IMG/VR virus record: IMGVR_UViG_3300043392_000054
Coordinates: 96,001 to 160,000 of that record
Direction: 5' to 3' (one strand)
DNA length: 64,000 nucleotides
Source of the DNA: a virus
Within the stretch, counting starts at the first letter, position 1. The number at the start of each line of letters is the position of its first letter. This document shows positions 40,438-48,612 of the stretch, one piece after another. Both the position numbers and the translations under genes were made by a program. The notes under the pieces were generated by a model that was not told the DNA's origin, did no database searches, and saw nothing but the letters and a program-made list of their open reading frames with translations.

Positions 40438-41533
40438 ACAATATGATTATCTAATTATTGGTTCTGGTTTTTATGGAGCAGTTTGTGCTTATGAATTAAA
40501 TCGTCTAGGTAAAAAGGTTCTTATAATTGAAAAAAGAAATCATATTGCGGGTAATGCGCATACTGAAAGGGTAGAAGATATTGATGTTCATAAATATGGT
40601 CCTCATATTTTTCATACTAATGATAAAACAATATGGGATTGGATTCAACAATTTGGTGAATTCAATAATTTTAGAAATACTTCAATAGCTAATTATAAAG
40701 GTGAAATCTATTCTCTTCCATTTTCAATGTGGACCTTTAATAAATTATGGGGCGTTTCAAAACCAGAAGAGGCCAAAAAAATTATAGAATCACAAAGATA
40801 TACTGGCAAAATTACTAATCTAGAAGAGCAAGCTTTGGCTTTAGTAGGTTCTGATGTCTATGAAAAATTAATTAAAGGTTATACTGAAAAACAATGGAAG
40901 AAAGAGGCTAAACTTTTACCAGCTTCTATTATCAAAAGACTGCCTGTTCGTTTTACTTGGGATAATAACTATTTTAATGACAGATACCAGGGTATCCCAG
41001 TAGATGGGTATACCAAATTATTTGAAAGAATGTTAGACGGAATTCCTGTAGAATTAAATGTAGATTATTTTAAAGACCGAGATTATTGGAATGCAAAAGC
41101 TAATAAAATTATTTATACTGGACCAATAGATGCTTATTTTAATTATGAGCACGGAGAATTAGAATACAAAACAGTAGAATTTAAAAGCCTATTTTTAGAA
41201 AATACTGATTTTCAAGGGAATGCTATAGTAAATTATACAGAGGCAGAAATTCCATATACTAGAATCGTAGAACATAAGCACTTTAATTTTACTGGTCAAA
41301 AAAATACAATGGTTTCTTGGGAATATCCCGTTGATTATAAACGCGGAGTAGAACCGTATTACCCTGTCAATGACGAAAAGAACACAAATATTTATAAAAA
41401 ATATAAGCAAGTTGCAGATACTTTTGAAAACATTCATTTCGGTGGAAGATTAGCAGAATATAAGTACTATGACATGCATCAAGTCATTGCATCAGCTCTT
41501 TCAAACTTAAATAAAAATATTTTCTTTAAATAA
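40427..41533 (+). CDS. glf: UDP-galactopyranose mutase
   Basis: GSGFYG, HKYGPHIFHT, YTEKQW, YQGIP, TRIVEHKHF, EPYYP and GRLAEYKYYDMHQV motifs. Confidence 0.95.
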   Translation: MHNKQYDYLIIGSGFYGAVCAYELNRLGKKVLIIEKRNHIAGNAHTERVEDIDVHKYGPHIFHTNDKTIWDWIQQFGEFNNFRNTSIANYKGEIYSLPFSMWTFNKLWGVSKPEEAKKIIESQRYTGKITNLEEQALALVGSDVYEKLIKGYTEKQWKKEAKLLPASIIKRLPVRFTWDNNYFNDRYQGIPVDGYTKLFERMLDGIPVELNVDYFKDRDYWNAKANKIIYTGPIDAYFNYEHGELEYKTVEFKSLFLENTDFQGNAIVNYTEAEIPYTRIVEHKHFNFTGQKNTMVSWEYPVDYKRGVEPYYPVNDEKNTNIYKKYKQVADTFENIHFGGRLAEYKYYDMHQVIASALSNLNKNIFFK

Positions 41534-41565
41534 TTTTTATTTGTCAATTATTTTGTGTAGATTTG
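41532..41565 (+). promoter_or_regulatory. Bacteroidota sigma70-type promoter
   Basis: TTTGTCA...TAGATTTG at 41558-65. Confidence 0.7.
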
Positions 41566-41586
41566 TATAAATCAAAAAAATAAAAT

Positions 41587-41970
41587 ATGAAAAACATTCT
41601 AAATTTATTCAATCTGAATTTATCAAAAAAATCACCCAAAATTATGGATGAAGAGCAACAATTAATTCATGATATTGTTGCTAAATTATGTGAAAGCTCA
41701 GATTCTATTATTATTGCAAATGATATAAATGGAATTGGAACGCAATATCACATTCATAATGAGGCAAATGGTTATTTTGTAGTATTAACTGGAAATTGTA
41801 TTAAGGTTACTAATAATGAATTGTATATTGTTCGTTACTTTGAATTAGATATGATTGAAAATCTAATAAAATTAGTAATTAGCAGAATCAATGACGATGT
41901 AAATCGTATTCATAATGCTGTAACAATGAGTGAATTGCAAGTTCTTCAAAGTATGAAAGATTCTTTATAG
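41587..41970 (+). CDS. hypothetical protein
   Basis: 127-aa ORF. Confidence 0.6.
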   Translation: MKNILNLFNLNLSKKSPKIMDEEQQLIHDIVAKLCESSDSIIIANDINGIGTQYHIHNEANGYFVVLTGNCIKVTNNELYIVRYFELDMIENLIKLVISRINDDVNRIHNAVTMSELQVLQSMKDSL

Positions 41971-42002
41971 AGTGAAACAATACATCTTATTTTAATATAA
42001 CT

Positions 42003-42023
42003 AAGGAGCTTCGGCTCCTTTTT
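42003..42023 (+). terminator. intrinsic terminator
   Basis: AAGGAGC-TTCG-GCTCCTT-TTT. Confidence 0.85.
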
Positions 42024-42043
42024 AATTTAAAAAATAAATCTGT

Positions 42044-42517
42044 ATGAAAATAGTTATTGTTGGTAAAGCAGCTTCTGGTAAAGATTATTTAAGAAAAAGA
42101 ATGATTCAACAAGGAGCTAAATACGGTGTTAGTTATACGTCAAGACCTCCTAGAGAAGGTGAAATTGAAGGTGTAGATTATTATTTTACGTCTAAAGAAA
42201 ATTTTGAAAAGCTAATTACAGAGAATAAATTAATCGAATATCAACAGTTTAATGGTTGGTATTATGGTATGACATACGATACATTTAATGAAAGCGATTG
42301 CATGATATTAAATGTTGATGGCTTATCACAATTACCAGCAGAAATTAGAAAACAGTGTTTTGTTATTTATGTTGATATTGATATGTCAATTAGAAAGCAA
42401 AGATTAAGTGAAAGAAATGATAATAACGATTCTATCACTAGAAGAATAGAAGCTGACGAGGAGCAATTTAAAGACTTTAATAATTACGATTTTCGCATTA
42501 CAAATCCAGATTTCTAG
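42044..42517 (+). CDS. gmk: guanylate kinase
   Basis: GKAASGKD, SYTSRPPREGEIEGVDYYF and GWYYG motifs. Confidence 0.85.
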   Translation: MKIVIVGKAASGKDYLRKRMIQQGAKYGVSYTSRPPREGEIEGVDYYFTSKENFEKLITENKLIEYQQFNGWYYGMTYDTFNESDCMILNVDGLSQLPAEIRKQCFVIYVDIDMSIRKQRLSERNDNNDSITRRIEADEEQFKDFNNYDFRITNPDF

Positions 42518-42548
42518 ATATATAGAATAAAATAAAAGATTCTTTATA

Positions 42549-43064
42549 ATGGCATCAGGCTTAAGTATTTCGGGCACAACATATAACGTAGGCACTACAA
42601 ACGTTTCAATTATAGTACCACATGACCAAACATCGGTTGGTTCAATGTATACTACAGCAACAAGATATAGATACCCTAGAGCAACTACAAATATTGGTGT
42701 AGGTTCTTTATACAGAGGTAAAACTTTTAATAGATTACAATATGTTGGAGCATTAAGTACTAGATTAACGGGTACTACTACAATTTCAGTTAACTGGGGA
42801 CTTATTTCTTGGACTTCTGGAAATATTATTATTGGAGCAACTAATACAAACTTTGGAACACAGGAGCCACTTGGACCAGATGGTTATAGAGTTTATATGG
42901 ATACAGCTTCAAGCACTACGGCTACTATTTCAGTTGGAACTTCTCTTTATGGAGGTGTTTTTTCTGGTTGGAGAAATCAATCTAATACATTAATTAGTAC
43001 GTCAAATCCTTTTTCATGGAATGGTTTAGCTACAGCTAATTCATTATATGCATATTGGACATAG
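42549..43064 (+). CDS. putative virion structural protein
   Basis: T/S/G-rich, beta-rich; preceded by GATATATA. Confidence 0.5.
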   Translation: MASGLSISGTTYNVGTTNVSIIVPHDQTSVGSMYTTATRYRYPRATTNIGVGSLYRGKTFNRLQYVGALSTRLTGTTTISVNWGLISWTSGNIIIGATNTNFGTQEPLGPDGYRVYMDTASSTTATISVGTSLYGGVFSGWRNQSNTLISTSNPFSWNGLATANSLYAYWT

Positions 43065-43088
43065 TTTTTACATTTAAATAAATTAAAT

Positions 43089-43691
43089 ATGGGTTTTATT
43101 ATTAATAAAAGTTACTCGAGAGATATTAAATCAATTGATAATTTTTATGCTAGAATTGAACAAGTAACAATTGAAAGATTACCTGGTACTGCTTATGCAA
43201 TGATTCAGTATTTTAGAAGCAAAGAGGATGCTGCTAAATATACAATGGGATATAGTCGTGAAACATGGGAAACAGAATTAGTTGATATTCCATTCGAATC
43301 TTTTCCATTAGATTTTGATGAAGAAACTTTAATTGATGGAGTTTCTTTTAAAATGCCAGAACCATATACAACTGGATTTAGAATTGGTTGCTATGGTTTC
43401 TATTTTCCTTTAGGAGATTTAGAAGAAACTGTTGATGAAGAATATGAAATGGTAGATGGTTTTGTAGAAATGCCATATATTGATTTTGATGACGATGGTA
43501 ACCCCATTGAAATGACAAAAAAGATTCCTTGTAAGGACCGAGTTTTAGTTAAGTCAACAAGGGTAGTTAAAACTAAAATCAATATAATGCAACCAGAGTT
43601 ATTAGAGAATCCTTATAAATATCTATATACGAGAATTAAACCAGAATTAGAGAAAATATTCGGTGAAGGTTCAATTATAGATGACTTATAA
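43089..43691 (+). CDS. hypothetical protein
   Basis: 200-aa ORF in the structural block. Confidence 0.6.
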   Translation: MGFIINKSYSRDIKSIDNFYARIEQVTIERLPGTAYAMIQYFRSKEDAAKYTMGYSRETWETELVDIPFESFPLDFDEETLIDGVSFKMPEPYTTGFRIGCYGFYFPLGDLEETVDEEYEMVDGFVEMPYIDFDDDGNPIEMTKKIPCKDRVLVKSTRVVKTKINIMQPELLENPYKYLYTRIKPELEKIFGEGSIIDDL

Positions 43692-43746
43692 GAAATTAAG
43701 GAAGGATATATACAATAATAAGTAAAAAAAGGTATTTTAGTATAAT

Positions 43747-44742
43747 ATGGCAAGTTTAAAAAATACAACCATTAATGATACAGGATTTTTAGGTTTACCT
43801 GCAGGTACAACTGCACAAAGACCTTCCCCATCTAATGGTATGATTAGATATAATACAAGCTCTGGTCAAATGGAAGCCTACGTTAACGGAGCATGGACAA
43901 CTGTTAGCACGGATTACACTATTGAAATGGTTTTAGTTGCTGGCGGTGGAGCTGGTGGCGGTGGCTCTAACGGTGGCGGAGGCGGTGGTGGCGGAGGCGT
44001 CATTATTAATAGTGGTATATTAGTTACACCAGGCGCGGGTTATTCAATAGTAATTGGTGGTGGTGGCTCAGCTGTTATCGGTGGAGGTGTAAGTGGTAAC
44101 CAAGGTGGTAATAGTACAGCATTTGGTTTTACAGCTATCGGTGGTGGTGGAGGTGCCCCAAACGGTTCATACGGAGGAGCTCAAAATAATGGTGGTTCTG
44201 GCGGCGGCGGAGGTCGCGATACCGTATTTGGTGATGGATTTTCATTTGGATATGGTACAGTAGGTCAAGGAAATAATGGAGCAGGTGCTTATAAAAACGG
44301 TTATGCTTCTGCCGGTGGTGGAGGAGGAGCAGGTAATGGTGGATACACAGGAGGTGATGACTTAAATGGTAGATATGACCCAATATCTTGCGGAGGTGAA
44401 GGTGCTCTAATAAACTGGACAGGAACTAATTTCTATTATGGTCCTGGTGGCGGTGGTTCTTTTGAAAATGCATACGGAAATGCAAATGGTCCTGCTCCTG
44501 GAGGAAGAGGTCTTGGTGATGGAGGAGGAAATGGTTCTACAAATCAAGTAGCCCCAACAGCAGGAACAGCTAATAGAGGCGCTGGTGGTGGAGGAGCTAA
44601 AAGTAGTTGGTCTGGCGCAGGCGGTTCAGGCAGATGTATCATAAGATACCCTGGTCCACAAAGAGGTTCAGGCGGAACAATTACATCATATAATGGATAT
44701 ACAATTCATACATTTGATGGAACATCAACATATACAGCATAA
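43747..44742 (+). CDS. glycine-rich tail-fibre-like virion protein
   Basis: GTTAQRP..GMIRYNT head plus VAGGGAGG/GGGGA repeats and HTF C-terminus. Confidence 0.7.
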   Translation: MASLKNTTINDTGFLGLPAGTTAQRPSPSNGMIRYNTSSGQMEAYVNGAWTTVSTDYTIEMVLVAGGGAGGGGSNGGGGGGGGGVIINSGILVTPGAGYSIVIGGGGSAVIGGGVSGNQGGNSTAFGFTAIGGGGGAPNGSYGGAQNNGGSGGGGGRDTVFGDGFSFGYGTVGQGNNGAGAYKNGYASAGGGGGAGNGGYTGGDDLNGRYDPISCGGEGALINWTGTNFYYGPGGGGSFENAYGNANGPAPGGRGLGDGGGNGSTNQVAPTAGTANRGAGGGGAKSSWSGAGGSGRCIIRYPGPQRGSGGTITSYNGYTIHTFDGTSTYTA

Positions 44743-44745
44743 ATT

Positions 44746-45798
44746 ATGGCAAGTTTAAAGAATACAAATATTAATGACACTGGGTTTTTACAATTACCCT
44801 CAGGTACAACAGCTCAAAGACCGACAGGTGTCAATGGTATGATGAGATATAATACTACTTTAAATGTAGTTGAAATATTTAATGGAGCAACATCTACTTG
44901 GAATATAGTAGCTGCAAGCGGTTATACAGTTGATGTATTAATTGCAGCAGGTGGTGGCGGTGGTGGAGCTGGCGGTACCATTTGGTATGGTGGAGGCGGT
45001 GGCGGTGGAGCCGGCGGTCTTCGTGTTATTAGTAATATTGGAGTAACAGTAAATTCCTCATATGCTATTGTAGTTGGTGCAGGTGGTTGTGGCTCTCAAA
45101 GTAATAGTCAAGGTGTAATTTATTGGGGTTCTAACGGCGGAGATTCTTCTGCTTTTGGATACACATCAATAGGTGGCGGGCATGGAGGTAGTTTTAATGG
45201 AGATGGGCCTTATTGGTATGGACAAGCAGGTGGTTCTGGTGGAGGTTCAGGTCGTGATAAAACAGACGGTAATGGTGCAGGAACTGCTGGCCAAGGCAAT
45301 GGTGGAGGAACAGCTTACGCAGGTGGTTATGCATCAGCTGGCGGCGGAGGAGGTGCTGGAGAAGGTGGATGGACTGGTGGTGCAGATGGACAAGGTCAAT
45401 ATGTTTCAGGAAATCAATCTGCTGGAGGTATTGGATTAGCATATAACTGGACAGGCACTAATATTTACTATTGTGGCGGCGGTGGAGGTTCATTTTCTTC
45501 AGCATACGGTGGAGTTGGTGGATTAGGAGGAAGAGGATATAATGATGGTGGAGGACAAGGTTCAGGTAGTCAACAAATAGGTGGAACTGCTGGATTAGCA
45601 AATAGAGGACAAGGTGGAGGTGGAGCCCACTCAAACAAAGGAGACAACGGTGGATACGGTTCTACGGGTTATGCTGGCGGCTCTGGTGTAGTATTAATTA
45701 GATATTCTGGACCTCCTAGAGGTAGAGGCGGAATTATTACACAATCTGGAGGTTATACTTGTCATCAATTCAATGGTTCCGGAAACTTTATAGCTTAA
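44746..45798 (+). CDS. glycine-rich tail-fibre-like virion protein (paralog)
   Basis: Same MASLKNT.INDTGFL head and Gly-rich body. Confidence 0.7.
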   Translation: MASLKNTNINDTGFLQLPSGTTAQRPTGVNGMMRYNTTLNVVEIFNGATSTWNIVAASGYTVDVLIAAGGGGGGAGGTIWYGGGGGGGAGGLRVISNIGVTVNSSYAIVVGAGGCGSQSNSQGVIYWGSNGGDSSAFGYTSIGGGHGGSFNGDGPYWYGQAGGSGGGSGRDKTDGNGAGTAGQGNGGGTAYAGGYASAGGGGGAGEGGWTGGADGQGQYVSGNQSAGGIGLAYNWTGTNIYYCGGGGGSFSSAYGGVGGLGGRGYNDGGGQGSGSQQIGGTAGLANRGQGGGGAHSNKGDNGGYGSTGYAGGSGVVLIRYSGPPRGRGGIITQSGGYTCHQFNGSGNFIA

Positions 45799-45816
45799 TA
45801 ACATATAATTAATAAC

Positions 45817-45993
45817 ATGTCAACTTTAAAAAATACAACCATTAACGATACTGGATTTATACAAATACCAGCTGGTACTACTGCTCAACGTGTAGGTACA
45901 ACAAATGGAATGATAAGAGTAAATACAAATACAACACCCTACGTATTAGAAATATACCAAGGCGGTTGGAGAACTTTAAAAATATTAAACTAA
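45817..45993 (+). CDS. head-domain-only third paralog (58 aa, not in ORF track)
   Basis: MSTLKNTTINDTGFIQIPAGTTAQRVGTTNGMIRVNT... Confidence 0.7.
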   Translation: MSTLKNTTINDTGFIQIPAGTTAQRVGTTNGMIRVNTNTTPYVLEIYQGGWRTLKILN

Positions 45994-46000
45994 ATAAAAT

Positions 46001-46408
46001 ATGGCACATTTTGCAGAAATAGATGAGAACAACGTTGTTGTAAGAGTAGTAGTAGTTCCAGATGAGCATGAATCTCGCGGACAAGAATATTTATCACAAG
46101 ACTTAAATCTTGGAGGTACATGGTTAAAAACATCATATAATACATTTGCAGGAACTCACACTGGTGGAGGAACTCCATATAGATTAAACTTTGCAGCAGT
46201 AGGAGATATTTATGACCCTCAATTAGATGGATTTATTAAGAAATCACCATTCTCATCTTGGGTAAATATTGACCCTGCAACAGGTTTCCGTATTCCACCG
46301 GTTGCTAAACCGGCAGATGCGCCAGATTATTCTTATTATCATGAATGGGATGAATCTAACTTAGCGTGGGTACAAGTTCAAAATCCATCATTTATAAATC
46401 CTGAATAA
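46001..46408 (+). CDS. conserved phage protein accompanying Gly-rich fibres (possible assembly chaperone)
   Basis: MAHFAEIDENNVVVRVVV, WLKTSYN, FAAVGDIYD and WDE motifs. Confidence 0.65.
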   Translation: MAHFAEIDENNVVVRVVVVPDEHESRGQEYLSQDLNLGGTWLKTSYNTFAGTHTGGGTPYRLNFAAVGDIYDPQLDGFIKKSPFSSWVNIDPATGFRIPPVAKPADAPDYSYYHEWDESNLAWVQVQNPSFINPE

Positions 46409-46459
46409 TTTTTGAAACAAAAGGATATATAGAAGTATAACATACAAATTAAATTAACA

Positions 46460-46567
46460 ATGCAACAGCAAGTGCTACATATTATAGAAAACAATTATTG
46501 GTTTAGTAACAAACCGACGAATTGTGATATGTCTAACGTAGGGCTCAAAGTTGTATTTATGAATTAA
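46460..46567 (+). CDS. 35-aa leader-like peptide
   Basis: MQQQVLHIIENNYWFSNKPTNCDMSNVGLKVVFMN, after GATATATA and before a terminator. Confidence 0.4.
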   Translation: MQQQVLHIIENNYWFSNKPTNCDMSNVGLKVVFMN

Positions 46568-46599
46568 ATTAAATTTACATTAAATATAATAGTTAAAGG

Positions 46600-46623
46600 A
46601 GCCCGATTTTATCGGGCTTTTTT
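46600..46623 (+). terminator. intrinsic terminator/attenuator
   Basis: AGCCCGA-TTTTA-TCGGGCT-TTTTT. Confidence 0.8.
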
Positions 46624-46639
46624 ATTGCATAAACAAAAG

Positions 46640-46710
46640 GTTCTTATAGTGAAAAGGTATCACGTCTGACTGTTAATCAGTTATTATTGGTTCGAATCCA
46701 ATTAGGAACG
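46640..46710 (+). tRNA. tRNA-Asn(GTT)
   Basis: GTTCTTA/TAGGAAC, G73; CTGA-CT GTT AA-TCAG. Confidence 0.85.
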
Positions 46711-46737
46711 CAAAAAAATTGAAAATAATTCGCTAAA

Positions 46738-46771
46738 TATTTTTTTTATTCGAGAATTATTAGTAGATTTA
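46738..46771 (+). promoter_or_regulatory. Bacteroidota sigma70-type promoter of tRNA operon
   Basis: TAGATTTA at 46764-71. Confidence 0.65.
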
Positions 46772-46785
46772 CATAACTTAAAACA

Positions 46786-46800
46786 GTTCTTTGACATATT
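46786..46800 (+). promoter_or_regulatory. boxA-like antitermination element
   Basis: GTTCTTTGACATATT; repeated at 47372 and 53179. Confidence 0.6.
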
Positions 46801-46810
46801 GGTAAAAGTT

Positions 46811-46891
46811 GCCCGGGTGATGGAATGGTAGACATAACGGTCTTAGAAACCGTGGTCGAAAGACGTGAGAGTTCGAGTCTCTCCCTGGGTA
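46811..46891 (+). tRNA. tRNA-Leu(TAG)
   Basis: GCCCGGG/CCTGGGT; ACGGT-CT TAG AA-ACCGT. Confidence 0.95.
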
Positions 46892-46898
46892 CAAATAA

Positions 46899-46968
46899 GT
46901 ACGAGTTGGTCGTGGCGGCCAGCAGGTCTGCAAAATCTGCGGAGTCAGTTCGATTCTGACCTTGTACT
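46899..46968 (+). tRNA. tRNA-Cys(GCA)
   Basis: GTACGAG/CTTGTAC, U73; CAGGT-CT GCA AA-ATCTG; short D-loop. Confidence 0.85.
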
Positions 46969-47049
46969 CTACATCCTGTCTCCACAGACACACACATCCG
47001 GGAGATGAGCAGGATTACGTCGAATAAAGGAGAGGAATAAGACGATTCT

Positions 47050-47125
47050 GGACCAGTAGCTCAGCTGGTAGAGCACTAGACTGAAGATCTAGGTGTCGCA
47101 GGTTCGAATCCTGCCTGGTCCACCA
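47050..47125 (+). tRNA. tRNA-Phe(GAA)
   Basis: GGACCAG/CTGGTCC; CTAGA-CT GAA GA-TCTAG; CCA encoded. Confidence 0.97.
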
Positions 47126-47128
47126 TAT

Positions 47129-47203
47129 TGCGGGATGCGTAGAAAATGGTTATCTCATCGGTCTCATAAGCCGAGGTTCCGGGTTCGAGTCCCGGTCCCG
47201 CAA
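47129..47203 (+). tRNA. tRNA-Met(CAT), initiator-like
   Basis: TGCGGGA/TCCCGCA; TCGGT-CT CAT AA-GCCGA. Confidence 0.9.
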
Positions 47204-47209
47204 CAACAT

Positions 47210-47282
47210 AGAGTAGTATATCAATGGCTAGATTACACGTTTTGGGTGCGTGAGGTTGCAGGTTCGAGTCCTGCCTACTCTA
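47210..47282 (+). tRNA. tRNA-Pro(TGG)
   Basis: AGAGTAG/CTACTCT; CACGT-TT TGG GT-GCGTG. Confidence 0.9.
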
Positions 47283-47316
47283 CTTAAAAAAAATAATTTA
47301 AAAATAATTAGCAAAA

Positions 47317-47350
47317 TATTTTTTTATATCAAGAATTATAGTTATATTTA
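47317..47350 (+). promoter_or_regulatory. Bacteroidota sigma70-type promoter of tRNA operon
   Basis: TATATTTA at 47343-50. Confidence 0.65.
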
Positions 47351-47371
47351 CATAAGAATTTAAATAAGAGA

Positions 47372-47386
47372 GTTCTTTGACATATT
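47372..47386 (+). promoter_or_regulatory. boxA-like element
   Basis: GTTCTTTGACATATT. Confidence 0.6.
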
Positions 47387-47396
47387 AGTAAAATAA

Positions 47397-47469
47397 GCAG
47401 GTATCGTATAATGGCTTATTACTCTAGCCTTCCAAGCTGGAGATGAGAGTTCGATTCTCTCTACCTGCT
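47397..47469 (+). tRNA. tRNA-Gly(TCC)
   Basis: GCAGGTA/TACCTGC, U73; CTAGC-CT TCC AA-GCTGG. Confidence 0.95.
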
Positions 47470-47472
47470 CTA

Positions 47473-47567
47473 AATCATGAGGCCATTGGTTGGCAGCACC
47501 TCCCCAAGGTTGAATCTTAGGATTCTTTATGGCAAAGCTGAAATTGGTTCGAATCCAATCATGATTA
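47473..47567 (+). ncRNA. tRNA-shelled RNA 1 (no canonical anticodon arm)
   Basis: AATCATG/CATGATT acceptor, GCC/GGC D-stem, ATTGG-TTCGAAT-CCAAT T-arm; middle is ACCT/AGGT and GAATC-TTAG-GATTC hairpins. Confidence 0.7.
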
Positions 47568-47573
47568 CAATAT

Positions 47574-47652
47574 TGCGATGCAGGTGCATTGACGGTCTCA
47601 TGAGCCGTATTGGTAGATATACCCAACAGAGGTTCGAGTCCTCTAATCGCAA
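47574..47652 (+). tRNA. atypical tRNA(CAT) with reduced D-arm and long variable arm
   Basis: TGCGAT/ATCGCA; ACGGT-CT CAT GA-GCCGT; TTGG/CCAA variable stem; AGAGG-TTCGAGT-CCTCT. Confidence 0.7.
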
Positions 47653-47701
47653 CAAATCTTAGGAGTAATTAACTTAAGACTGACAGGTTCGAAACTGTCG
47701 A

Positions 47702-47774
47702 TTGATTATGGTGTAAAGGCGCACAGAGACCGTAATTGGAGCTCAGGATTAAGGTTCGAATCCTTATTAATCAG
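47702..47774 (+). ncRNA. tRNA-shelled RNA 2 / degenerate tRNA
   Basis: TGATTA/TAATCA acceptor, GTG/CAC D-stem, TAAGG-TTCGAAT-CCTTA; anticodon arm does not pair canonically. Confidence 0.55.
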
Positions 47775-47780
47775 CAATAT

Positions 47781-47852
47781 TGAGTATTAGCTCAGCGGTA
47801 GAGCTCTCGACTGTTAATCGAGCGGTCCTAGGTTCGAATCCTAGATACTCAG
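47781..47852 (+). tRNA. tRNA-Asn(GTT)
   Basis: TGAGTAT/ATACTCA, G73; CTCGA-CT GTT AA-TCGAG. Confidence 0.97.
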
Positions 47853-47857
47853 CAATG

Positions 47858-47924
47858 TATTTAACGCTCCAACTTAGGTTGGTAAGCATCCGATAGTAAC
47901 CTCGGACGGGCAATGTGTTAAATA
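47858..47924 (+). ncRNA. orphan structured RNA
   Basis: TATTTAAC/GTTAAATA closing stem; CCAAC-TTAG-GTTGG and TCCGA/TCGGA hairpins. Confidence 0.55.
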
Positions 47925-47949
47925 AGCGGTAAGGAAAAGACGAAAATAT

Positions 47950-48073
47950 TGTCAAGAGGCGAGAGGAACACGCCCCGAAACATTGATTCAAAACTTTCTG
48001 ACAGAAGAACGGAGTCTCTGCTTTATCAATGTGCTGATGGAGACTATCACTGGTTCGAATCCAGTATTGACAA
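47950..48073 (+). ncRNA. tRNA-shelled RNA 3 with pseudoknot insert
   Basis: TGTCAA/TTGACA acceptor, GCG/CGC D-stem, ACTGG-TTCGAAT-CCAGT; insert ACATTGAT/ATCAATGT crossed by AGTCTC/GAGACT. Confidence 0.7.
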
Positions 48074-48074
48074 C

Positions 48075-48258
48075 TAAAACAACTAACTGATTAACACTAA
48101 ATAGTAACACTATCGGCAGTACGATTCTGCACTAGAAATTGGATTTGATGTGTTATCTCACAGTCTAAGATGTGAATAGTTTAGGTTAATGTAAACATAA
48201 AGTAGCTTATGGCCAAATGTAAAGTGTTTATCCACTTAGAAGGCAGTTAGTTGTTTTA
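48075..48258 (+). ncRNA. ~185-nt orphan structured RNA
   Basis: 15-bp terminal stem TAAAACAACTAACTG/CAGTTAGTTGTTTTA with several internal helices. Confidence 0.65.
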
Positions 48259-48264
48259 AAATAT

Positions 48265-48357
48265 AGTCAGGTGACGGAATGGTAGACGTATTTGGGTTCT
48301 CTGCCCGATACCTTTGTAAAGGCAAAAAGCTTACAGGTTCGAATCCTGTCCTGACTA
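48265..48357 (+). ncRNA. tRNA-shelled RNA 4 (AGTCAGG family; possible CTC loop)
   Basis: AGTCAGG/CCTGACT-A; Leu-type D-arm; TTGGG-TTCTCTG-CCCGA; ACAGG-TTCGAAT-CCTGT. Confidence 0.7.
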
Positions 48358-48371
48358 CAATATTAAAATAC

Positions 48372-48539
48372 GGTCAAGTAGCGGAATGTTTGCACTAGAG
48401 GTTTATTTCTGATGGTGTTGACTTGGTTAAACGCTAAGTAGTAAAGCTAACTACAGACAAAGCTGTGACGGACCCTGAAGTACAAAGGGTTGAAGTAGAA
48501 GATTACGCACGGTTATAGGTTCGAATCCTGTCTTGACCA
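48372..48539 (+). ncRNA. tRNA-shelled RNA 5 (168 nt; inserts in D-loop and anticodon region)
   Basis: GGTCAAG/CTTGACC-A; TAGCGGAATG..TGGTTAAACGCT split D-arm; ATAGG-TTCGAAT-CCTGT. Confidence 0.7.
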
Positions 48540-48612
48540 CAAGGAGTTCCCAATCTCAAGTGCTGGTTAACCTTAAAAAGTTATCCGTATGAGCCCATCA
48601 AAATTGGAATTT

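Noticed and set aside
43747-45798. Diversity-generating retroelement or repeat array in Gly-rich genes
   Set aside because: The GGT/GGC/GGA runs are glycine codons; no reverse transcriptase or TR/VR pair is present.
47658-47700. Extra tRNA from the GACAG-GTTCGAAA-CTGTC hairpin
   Set aside because: Isolated T-like hairpin with an 8-nt loop and no matching acceptor stem.
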